This document shows, piece by piece, positions 17,731 to 24,792 of a stretch of 32,000 bases of DNA. The DNA comes from Bdellovibrionales bacterium (lineage in GTDB: Bacteria > Bdellovibrionota > UBA1018). Under the pieces are notes generated by a model that ran no database searches, had not been told where the DNA came from, and saw only the letters and a program-made list of their open reading frames with translations. The DNA lies in the NCBI GenBank assembly GCA_018266355.1, contig JAFEAP010000030.1, positions 9,481-41,480 of the forward strand, written 5' to 3'. The first letter of the stretch is position 1. Each line of letters opens with the position of its first letter. Made by a program: the position numbers and the translations under genes.

Positions 17731-20560
17731 CGCCGCCCCCGCTTCCGTCGCCTTCTTCCTCGTCTCGATCGTCGAGGAACCGCCGCTGACCGCAGGCGTC
17801 CCGCACCAAACACGAATCGCACTCCGCGTACGGCCCGCCCGTTTTCGCCGGTTTCGGAGTCACGTGCACTTCGCCCGAGACGTACCGCCTCGTATGGGCT
17901 TCGATTTCTTCGGCGAGCTTTCCCCAAACCTCTTCCGGCGGCCGATCGACGAGCGAGCTGCTTCGCGCGGTCGTCTTCGTGAGCGTGCCCGGACCTTTCC
18001 CGTTCCACGGCGTGAAGAAAATCCCGCTTCCGCGGGAGCCTTTGCGCGTGAGTTCGATGAATTGGATCCCGAGCGGCGCCTTTTCGAAATGGCGCGCGGC
18101 CGCGAGCGCGTAGATCGGCATCTGCAACCGATACCCGAGGTCGATCATCTGCGGCGCCTTCGGCGAAACCGAAGACGTCTTGTAATCCATGAGGAAGATT
18201 CCGTCGGGATGTTCGTCGATCCGGTCCGGAATGCCCTTGATCGAGACCTGGTCCCTGCCGGCGGGCGAACCCGCGTCGCCGGAAGGAGCCGGACCTAAAT
18301 CGACGACGTACCGAAGCTCCGGTGATTCGAGCGCGAGCACTTTCGTCCGGGCGCGTTCGACGTAAGCGGCTTCCTGAACCATGAACGCTTCGAGGATCGG
18401 ACGTAACTTCCGTTTCGTGAAAGCGGCGAGGCGCTCGCTCTGGAAAAGTCCTTTCGGTCGACGATCCGCCCAGGCCGCGTCGAGCGCCTCATCGGCGGTG
18501 AGCGAGAATCGCCCGGCGTCGTCGCGCGCCTCGATCAAACGGCGGACCGCCTCGTGCAGGAGAGTGCCCCGCGCATCCGGACGCATGTCGAGGTCGGCCG
18601 GCTTGGCCTCCCCGAGCCGCCATCGCCGGAGGAGCAGGCCTTGCATTTCGCAGCGGCTGAAATATTCGAGGTCCGAGGCGCTGAGCTCCGGACGCTCGCC
18701 CGGCCGACCGAGCGGCGAAAGCCGGATCTCCCGCGGCGGTGCCGACGTCGGGTGCAGATAACTCTTCCGCCACCGCGGATGGGAATCCTTTTCGACCGGC
18801 GCGAGCGGTGCCCCGTCCGCGCCGCGGACGCCGAGCTCCTGGATGAGCGGCTCGATCGACTCGCGTTCGCGCCCGTCCCAGTCGTAGAGCGCGTCGAGGA
18901 AAAGTATTTCGCGCGCGTGCGCGAGCCAGAACTTCAAGACCCGGCGCCGGAATTCCGCCTCGTGAATGCCGGAGCGGACTTGGAAATGCCCGGAGAGGAC
19001 TTCGCGTTCGCGATCCGAATAGAAATAATCTCCCGGATTATCGCCCGTCGTATACCTCGGCGGAAGCGCGAGGCACCAGAGCTTCTCCGGATAGGACAGC
19101 GGGGTCTGGCCGAGGCGGAAGATTTCGACGCCGTTCTCGTATTGGATCTTCTCGAAAGGAGGCGTCGCATCCGCGAGCCGGAGCCGAAGCCGCTCGAGCC
19201 AATACAGGATCGGCGCTTTCCGGCGCGCTTCGCCGATCACCGCGAGATCTCCAGCGAACCGCTCCCAAACGGCGGTGAAGAACTCGTGAACCCATGCCTC
19301 GAAATCCGGATTCCTCCGGATCCAAGCGAGGTGGAACCCCGCGACCTCGTCCACGCGGATCCGCGGCGAGAACGCCTCGTTCAAGAGTTCGAGCATCGCG
19401 CGGATCCGTTCGAGCCGGTCGCCCGAGTAGGCGCCGAGCCCGGTTCGGATCCCGCGATCGAGGATCTCCTGGTGCATTTTCCGTTTTTCGGCGAATTCCG
19501 TTTCGGGATTCCCGTCGAGGCGCACCCAGCTCGAATGGAGGAATGAAATCACTTCTTCGTGACGGAATCGGCGCGCGACGACGTCGAGCGGGAGGAGCGC
19601 GACCTTCACGGACTCTTCCCACTTCAACCGCGTCGGATCGCGCGGATCCTTCAGCACGAGTCCCCGTTCGTCGAGCGCGCGCTTCAGGCTGCGGCGTACG
19701 GCCGGCAGATCCGGAAGCAACACGCCGTTCCTTCCGAGCGTGCCGGCGCGGTATTCCTCGAGGAGTCCGTCCGCGAGCCGGTCGCACGTGTCGTCGACCG
19801 TGTGCCACGCCTCCCACGTCGCCGAGAACTCCTCGTCGGGATACGCTCGTTCCATCGTCGCGAACTCGGTCCCGAGCAAGTCGGCGACGAAAATCCGCTC
19901 GACTTCCGTCCGTCTTCCGAGCGCTTCCCAGAGCGCCTCGCCCCGGCTTTCGCCCGTTTTCGCGGAAAGCACCACGATCCGCTCCGGCAGTTCGAGCGGG
20001 ATTTCGGCGGTGCCGAGCACGCCGACGGCGCCGAGGATCAGGCGCGGGAGGTCCCACGCGCGGTTCTCGTCGAGCCACGTCTCATAGGCTTCGATCACCG
20101 CCCGGATCTCGCCGCGCAGGCGTCCGCCTCCGAAGAGTTCCCGGAGTTTTTCTTCCTGGGCCTCGCGTTCCGCGGCGGAGGCGTAGGTCATGCGCGCGGA
20201 TTGGATGGTTCGGTCTAGCTTCTTGTAGAAGTCGCGCTGCCGCTTCAATCGGCGGAGTTCGGGTGCGCGCTCGGGCCCGTTCCTTTCCCATTCGCGCTCG
20301 GAAAGGATCCGTCGCAGGATTTCCTGGCGGGATGGCGCGCCGAGGACGCGGTCGCGTTCGACGAGCGGCCCGAGGACGTGGCGGCAGAGCGAGGCGACGT
20401 CCTGGATCGCGGCCGAGGTGAAACCGCGGCCGCGGGCGAGGTACCGTTCCTTCACTTCCTCACGCGAGATGCCGCTTTCGACGACGATCCACGCGCGCGG
20501 ATCGAGTCCGCCGACGGGAACGGCGTCCAACCGGGCCTCAAGCCGGGGGCTGAATCGCAC
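17723..20560 (-). CDS. addB: AddB-type subunit: degenerate helicase-like N-terminal region + C-terminal PD-(D/E)XK nuclease with Cas4-like 4-Cys motif
   Basis: This long ORF is in the AddB position immediately upstream of addA, with an 8-nt overlap (ATGACTGA at 17723-17730). The C-terminal nuclease has FLMDYKTSS...YRLQMPIYALAA and Cys residues at SRCEMQG and ECDSCLVRDAC. The start is uncertain. I chose GTG at 20560 (AGGAG RBS 7 nt upstream). The ORF track uses TTG at 20596, and TTG at 20530 (GAGG RBS) is also possible. Confidence 0.7.
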   Translation of the reverse strand: MRFSPRLEARLDAVPVGGLDPRAWIVVESGISREEVKERYLARGRGFTSAAIQDVASLCRHVLGPLVERDRVLGAPSRQEILRRILSEREWERNGPERAPELRRLKRQRDFYKKLDRTIQSARMTYASAAEREAQEEKLRELFGGGRLRGEIRAVIEAYETWLDENRAWDLPRLILGAVGVLGTAEIPLELPERIVVLSAKTGESRGEALWEALGRRTEVERIFVADLLGTEFATMERAYPDEEFSATWEAWHTVDDTCDRLADGLLEEYRAGTLGRNGVLLPDLPAVRRSLKRALDERGLVLKDPRDPTRLKWEESVKVALLPLDVVARRFRHEEVISFLHSSWVRLDGNPETEFAEKRKMHQEILDRGIRTGLGAYSGDRLERIRAMLELLNEAFSPRIRVDEVAGFHLAWIRRNPDFEAWVHEFFTAVWERFAGDLAVIGEARRKAPILYWLERLRLRLADATPPFEKIQYENGVEIFRLGQTPLSYPEKLWCLALPPRYTTGDNPGDYFYSDREREVLSGHFQVRSGIHEAEFRRRVLKFWLAHAREILFLDALYDWDGRERESIEPLIQELGVRGADGAPLAPVEKDSHPRWRKSYLHPTSAPPREIRLSPLGRPGERPELSASDLEYFSRCEMQGLLLRRWRLGEAKPADLDMRPDARGTLLHEAVRRLIEARDDAGRFSLTADEALDAAWADRRPKGLFQSERLAAFTKRKLRPILEAFMVQEAAYVERARTKVLALESPELRYVVDLGPAPSGDAGSPAGRDQVSIKGIPDRIDEHPDGIFLMDYKTSSVSPKAPQMIDLGYRLQMPIYALAAARHFEKAPLGIQFIELTRKGSRGSGIFFTPWNGKGPGTLTKTTARSSSLVDRPPEEVWGKLAEEIEAHTRRYVSGEVHVTPKPAKTGGPYAECDSCLVRDACGQRRFLDDRDEEEGDGSGGGDD

Positions 20561-21341
20561 GCATGAACTCCTGGTAGGCGTTTTCGAAGATCGCAAGGCC
20601 CTGTCCGGGCGCGTTCGCCCGTTGGGGCGCCGTCGTCCATTCGGGATGCGCCGTCCACCGGATGAAACTCTCCGGATGCGGCATGATGCCGAGGATCCGT
20701 CCGCTCAGGTCGCAAAGCCCGGCGATGTTCTCGTCGCTGCCGATCGGGTTCCCCTCGTATTTCAGGCAGTGGAGTCCCCGCCGCTGGAGCTTCACGAGGG
20801 TTTCCGTTTTGCGGTTCGGATGGATCACGATACGCGCCTCGGGATGCCGGAGCGGGAGATCGACGACGCCGAGGCCCCGAAGCCAGGTGCACGTCATGCC
20901 GATCGGCGCGACCTTCACCCATCCCTGGAGCGAACGCCCGCCCGCCCCGGCCGGCGAAGCCGTCCCGCCGTTCGAGGTCACCGAGATCTCGCGTCCGAAA
21001 ACGCCGAGCCGGATGAGCGTGTGGAACCCGCTGCCGATGCCGATCACCATCCCGCCGCGCGCGGCGTACCCGGTGAGCGTCCATCCGAGCAGGTGTTGGA
21101 TCTTGAGCGCGAGAAGCTTTCCGCTTCCGAGTTCGTCGGCGGTCGAAGCGCCGCCCGGGATAGCGAGCACCGCGTACTCCTCGGAGAGCCGTTCTTCGCG
21201 ATACCCTTCGGCGACGAGGTCGGCGAGGTTCCGAAGGTGCACTTCGAAGCCCGCGGTCGCGAAGGCTTGGGCCGTTTCGTTTTCGCTCAGGATACCGGGT
21301 CCGCGGAGCACGAGGACGCGCGGCCGTTTCACGTCGCTCAT
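20538..21341 (-). CDS. PurQ-like class-I glutamine amidotransferase-fold protein lacking the canonical nucleophilic Cys (FGAM synthase glutaminase-subunit homologue, probably not a conventional glutaminase)
   Basis: The real start is the ATG at 21341 (MSDVKRPRVLVLRGPG...), with a GGGAGGG RBS and an ATGA overlap with the upstream stop. This gives 267 aa. The upstream 96 codons of the tracked ORF are Arg-rich shadow. PurQ-like landmarks are present: IPGGASTADE (cf. PGGFSYGD), NPIGSDENIAGL and GIMPHPES (His-Glu of the triad). The nucleophile elbow reads VIGIGSGFHTL instead of G-x-C-N-G-F-Q. Confidence 0.8.
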   Translation of the reverse strand: MSDVKRPRVLVLRGPGILSENETAQAFATAGFEVHLRNLADLVAEGYREERLSEEYAVLAIPGGASTADELGSGKLLALKIQHLLGWTLTGYAARGGMVIGIGSGFHTLIRLGVFGREISVTSNGGTASPAGAGGRSLQGWVKVAPIGMTCTWLRGLGVVDLPLRHPEARIVIHPNRKTETLVKLQRRGLHCLKYEGNPIGSDENIAGLCDLSGRILGIMPHPESFIRWTAHPEWTTAPQRANAPGQGLAIFENAYQEFMRAIQPPA

Positions 21342-24300
21342 TCCCAGTAACCCTCCCGCTTCCACGCCTGGCGGAGCACCTTCGTCTCGATCACGAGCGA
21401 AGGCGTTTCGCCGCGACGGATCTGCACGACGCCGGTACCGGTGACCGTTCCGAGCCGAATGAACGGGATTTCGTTCGCGGCGAATTCGGTCTCGACGAGC
21501 GCGGCGTCGATTTCGCCGACGGAAACCACTAGCCCGTGGAAGCCCTCGCCGAAGAGGAATTCCCATTCCGCCGTGCGCGGCAGCCCCTCGGGGTATTGGA
21601 GCGCGACGCCCATGCCGCGGGCGATGCACCCTTCGGCGATGGCCGTGACGAGTCCGCCGTCGGAGACGTCGTGGATCGAGCGCAGCTTCTTCTGTTCCTT
21701 ACCGATCGCTCCGCCGAGCCACGCGTAAAGACGCCGGGCGGTGTCCCACTCCGGCGTCGGCGAGGTCGCGTCGGGCGGAACCGCGCCGTAAACTTCGGCG
21801 ACGAGCGAACCGGTCAAGCCGAATCGCGCGGGACCGAGAAGGTAGACGGCGTCGCCGGGGGTCTTGAAGTCGGCGCTGCGGATGCCCGCGACTTTCGTCG
21901 TGCGCGCGATCGATTGGACGACGAAGTGGAGCTTCGAATTCTGGCCGACGATCGTCTGCTGCGCGCCGTGAACGAAGGGGGTCTGGAGCTCGATCGCCGC
22001 ACGGGTCGCGCCCATGCACGCGCGGACGAGTCCGCCGCGCTGGTTCGCGTCCTGCAAATCCTTCGCGGGACAGGAGAATTGGTAGGTCAGCGCGAAAAGG
22101 AAGTCTTCCTTTCCGTAGTCTGCGCCGCACGCGATCGCGTTCCGCACGGCTTCGTCCGCGGCGAGCGCGCCCATCAGATAAGGATCGACGGCCGCCGCGC
22201 GCGGCGCGAGTCCCGTCGCGACGATGAGGCCGGCGTTCGACTGGGGTTTGAGCTTGAGCGCTCCGCCGTCGTTCGGACCGGAGTGACTCACCTCGGGCGA
22301 GACGGAAGCGACATGGAGGGGCTTGAGCGCGCTCGTGCCCTGGACCTCGTGATCGATCTGGCGAATCAGCCACTCGCGCGAACACACGTTCGGATGGCTC
22401 AGGATCCGGAGCAGCGTTTCGACGCCTTCCTTCGCGGGATCCCCCCACTCGATCGCGCGCGGGGCGCCCGGCTTCGGAGCGGGTTTCGCGCGCGTGATTT
22501 CCTCGTGCGCGCGCGGCTGGCTGCCGCGCAAGAACTTCGTATCGACGTCGACGATCCATTCTTCGCCCGCCGTCTCCGGCGCGCGCATTTGGATCCGTCC
22601 GCTCGCTCGAACCGCTCCGATCTCGGCGCCGACCATCCCCCGGCGGGACGCGAGCCCGACGACCGCTTCGACCCGCTCCTCGGGCACGATCGCGACGATC
22701 CGTTCGGCGGTTTCCGAACCGAGGATTTCCATCGGGCGCAGGCCCGAGATCTTCGTCGGCACGCGGTCGAGGTCGATCTCGACGCCGCCGAATTCGCGGG
22801 CGATTCGGGCGGCGACGCTGGCGATTCCCCCTTCGCCGCACGGGAAGAAGACCCGGTTCCAACCGAGGTCGCGCACTTCGGCGACGAGCGCCGAGAGCGA
22901 ATGCAAGAGCGTCGTATCGCAAATCTGGACGTTCGGGGTGCCGAGCATCCCCTCTTTTCCGGTCGCGGATCCGAGGATCACGAGGCGATCGCCCGCCGAG
23001 GCTTCGCGCGTTTCCGAGGGGATCCCGCCCGCGATCCGCGGAACGAGCGAGAGCGCCGAAAAGTGCGCGACCGGAGTCACGCCTTCCTTCGCGTCGAGGT
23101 AGAGCGCGCCGCCGATCGTGGGCACGCCGAGCTGGGCGCCCGCTTTCGCGATCCCGGTCTTCACGCCGTCGAGGACGCGGCGGGGATGGAGGTGGTCCTG
23201 CCCCTGGGGGACGGGGGCGTGCAGGTCGGCGGAAAAAATCACGTCGGTCGCGAGGATCGGCTTCGCGCCCCGGCCGGCGCAGATCGCGCGCAGGTAGGTT
23301 TCCGCATAGCCCATGAGCGAACCGTAGGTCGCGTCGGAGGCTACCGTCCGCGACTCGATCTCGGTTTCGACGGAGAGCAGGTCCTCCTCGTCGTACTGGA
23401 GGAGGCTCGCGCCGTTCTCGAACGCCGAGACCACCCAAGCGCGCGGGACTTCCCGCGTCGATTCTCGGAAGGTCCCCTCGATGAGGCCGTTCAGTTTCTC
23501 GGGCAGCGGCGGACCGAGCGCTTCGTCGACCTCGCGCGCGAATTCGTCCGGGACGATTTCGGCGCGCATCAGCCGCCGGAACGGAACCGAACGCCAAACC
23601 TTAGAAATCAACTCGAGCTCGACGTCCGTGACGTCGCGTTCGAAGCCGGCGCGAATCGCCTCGACCTCGTTCTCGGCGAAGGAGAATCCCTTGCGTTTGC
23701 AGAACTGCGCGACTTCCGCGTTCGTAAGGCTTCCGACCGCGAGCCGTTCGATCGGCGCGTGAAACCGGGCGGGAGCGGACTTCGGCATCTCGCGTTTCAC
23801 GCGTTCGGGATGGAAGCGCTCGGTGTGCGAGATCTCTTTTTCGGTGAGCAGGGTCCAGCTTTCGAGGAGTTCGTTCGAGAAATACTCGCGCGCGATCCGC
23901 GCGAGGTGCTCCTCGGTGAGTTGCGGGCCTTCGAGAAGGAGCATCGACCCGGTCGCGACGCGCGCTTCGGGTCCGAGCTTGCGCTTGAGCACCGCTTCGA
24001 AGGATTCGACGAGCGTGCGCGAAGCGTGGTCCGTCACGCCGAGACGGAAGCGCTTCTCGAGGGCGAAGAATTTCCCCGGCCGGTTCGGCGCCGTTTCGAG
24101 CAGATCCTCGACGTTCCCGCGCTTGCCCGCGGCGGACGGGATGAGGTTTCCGGTGAAAAGCCAGTGCAGGACGGAATCCCACAGGGTTTCCTGCGACGCG
24201 AAGATGAGCTCTTCGCGCGTAAGCGGCAGATCGAGCCAATACACGGTCATCGACCGCACCCACCGTACGAGTTTCCGCAGGTGCGGATCGGTCATCTCCA

Positions 24301-24373
24301 TCCGACGGAGAAGCGGCCCGGCCAAAGGGTCGGCATACTCGGGTTTCAGGGCGACTTCGATGCGCGCGAACAT
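21338..24373 (-). CDS. Fused PurS-PurS-PurL-like protein (FGAM synthase synthetase-subunit homologue) with a divergent N-terminal active-site half
   Basis: 1011 aa. There are two N-terminal PurS-like modules (ARIEVALKPEYADPLAG..., RFRLGVTDHASRT...), followed by a duplicated AIR-synthase-related (PurM-like) architecture. The second half is well conserved (DPYLMGALAADEAVRNAIACGA, IHDVSDGGLVTAIAEG). First-half motifs are replaced: WSEHC becomes WRSVP, and E(S/T)HNHPS becomes ETEIESR. Confidence 0.8.
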   Translation of the reverse strand: MFARIEVALKPEYADPLAGPLLRRMEMTDPHLRKLVRWVRSMTVYWLDLPLTREELIFASQETLWDSVLHWLFTGNLIPSAAGKRGNVEDLLETAPNRPGKFFALEKRFRLGVTDHASRTLVESFEAVLKRKLGPEARVATGSMLLLEGPQLTEEHLARIAREYFSNELLESWTLLTEKEISHTERFHPERVKREMPKSAPARFHAPIERLAVGSLTNAEVAQFCKRKGFSFAENEVEAIRAGFERDVTDVELELISKVWRSVPFRRLMRAEIVPDEFAREVDEALGPPLPEKLNGLIEGTFRESTREVPRAWVVSAFENGASLLQYDEEDLLSVETEIESRTVASDATYGSLMGYAETYLRAICAGRGAKPILATDVIFSADLHAPVPQGQDHLHPRRVLDGVKTGIAKAGAQLGVPTIGGALYLDAKEGVTPVAHFSALSLVPRIAGGIPSETREASAGDRLVILGSATGKEGMLGTPNVQICDTTLLHSLSALVAEVRDLGWNRVFFPCGEGGIASVAARIAREFGGVEIDLDRVPTKISGLRPMEILGSETAERIVAIVPEERVEAVVGLASRRGMVGAEIGAVRASGRIQMRAPETAGEEWIVDVDTKFLRGSQPRAHEEITRAKPAPKPGAPRAIEWGDPAKEGVETLLRILSHPNVCSREWLIRQIDHEVQGTSALKPLHVASVSPEVSHSGPNDGGALKLKPQSNAGLIVATGLAPRAAAVDPYLMGALAADEAVRNAIACGADYGKEDFLFALTYQFSCPAKDLQDANQRGGLVRACMGATRAAIELQTPFVHGAQQTIVGQNSKLHFVVQSIARTTKVAGIRSADFKTPGDAVYLLGPARFGLTGSLVAEVYGAVPPDATSPTPEWDTARRLYAWLGGAIGKEQKKLRSIHDVSDGGLVTAIAEGCIARGMGVALQYPEGLPRTAEWEFLFGEGFHGLVVSVGEIDAALVETEFAANEIPFIRLGTVTGTGVVQIRRGETPSLVIETKVLRQAWKREGYWE

Positions 24374-24443
24374 CAGAGAAGCCTAACAGAGTCGTTAACT
24401 TGACTCGGAGCGATATCCTTTGGGGAACTAACCGTCCGGCGAC

Positions 24444-24473
24444 TTGCAATCTCCGGAATTTGCCCCCTACACT
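24444..24473 (+). promoter_or_regulatory. Candidate sigma70-type promoter (TTGCAA-N18-TACACT) that would give a leaderless or near-leaderless transcript of the 24480 gene
   Basis: TTGCAA lies at 24444-24449 and TACACT at 24468-24473, with the ATG at 24480 only 6 nt after the -10 element. No RBS is visible. This is pattern match only. Confidence 0.3.
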
Positions 24474-24479
24474 GTCTGC

Positions 24480-24707
24480 ATGAGTCAGAAAGACAGCAGT
24501 CCCGTGACGGGTGTGATCGAGGAAAATCTCGTGATCCTGGATTTCGGTAAGTACGAAGGCAAGTCGGTCGAAGAAATCGCCCGCCTCGATCCGGAGTTCT
24601 ACGACAAGCTCGCTTCCGAAAAGGAGAACGGAGTCTTCGCGATCCGCCGTCAGCGCGACAAGACCTTCCGCCTTTACGTGAATCCGCTCTCGAACATGGA
24701 TCACTAG
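24480..24707 (+). CDS. Small DUF3820-like protein (the family sometimes annotated 'putative quorum-sensing-regulated virulence factor' / exodeoxyribonuclease X C-terminal-like)
   Basis: 75 aa from the ATG at 24480 (MSQKDSS...); the ORF-track start at 24444 is a TTG. The core LDFGKYEGKSVEEIARLDPEFYDKL resembles the F-G-K-Y-K-G...Y..W/L signature of that small-protein family. Confidence 0.55.
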   Translation: MSQKDSSPVTGVIEENLVILDFGKYEGKSVEEIARLDPEFYDKLASEKENGVFAIRRQRDKTFRLYVNPLSNMDH

Positions 24708-24734
24708 ACGTCGGATCCGACCGCGAAAAAGTTC

Positions 24735-24767
24735 GAGGCTCGACCGGGGTTTCCCCGATCGAGCCTC
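24735..24767. terminator. Bidirectional rho-independent terminator between convergent genes
   Basis: GAGGCTCGACCGGGG (24735-24749), a ttt loop, then CCCCGATCGAGCCTC (24753-24767) form a 15-bp GC-rich stem with one mismatch. It is flanked by an A5 run upstream (a T-run on the minus strand) and by TCTCGTTTC downstream. It sits between the stop at 24707 (+) and the stop at 24793 (-). Confidence 0.65.
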
Positions 24768-24792
24768 TCTCGTTTCAGATTCTCGATTCCGA

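Noticed and set aside
14776-20560. The helicase-nuclease pair as a possible phage-defence system
   Set aside because: The motif set and two-subunit layout with terminal PD-(D/E)XK domains match housekeeping AddAB-type DSB resection enzymes. No associated methylase, ATPase, TIR, Sir2 or other effector genes are nearby.
21536-24403. 955-aa plus-strand ORF and 632-aa minus-strand ORF (21699..23597) overlapping the PurSL-like gene
   Set aside because: They have shadow composition (Arg/Asp/Glu/Gly-rich). The chosen frame shows PurS and PurM-like domain signatures.
24374-24479. Possible purine riboswitch or PurR operator upstream of the PurSL-like operon
   Set aside because: I could not recognise the conserved purine-riboswitch junction or loop sequences, or a PurR-box-like palindrome. 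Only a 5-bp hairpin and promoter-like hexamers are present. A covariance-model scan would be needed to be definitive.
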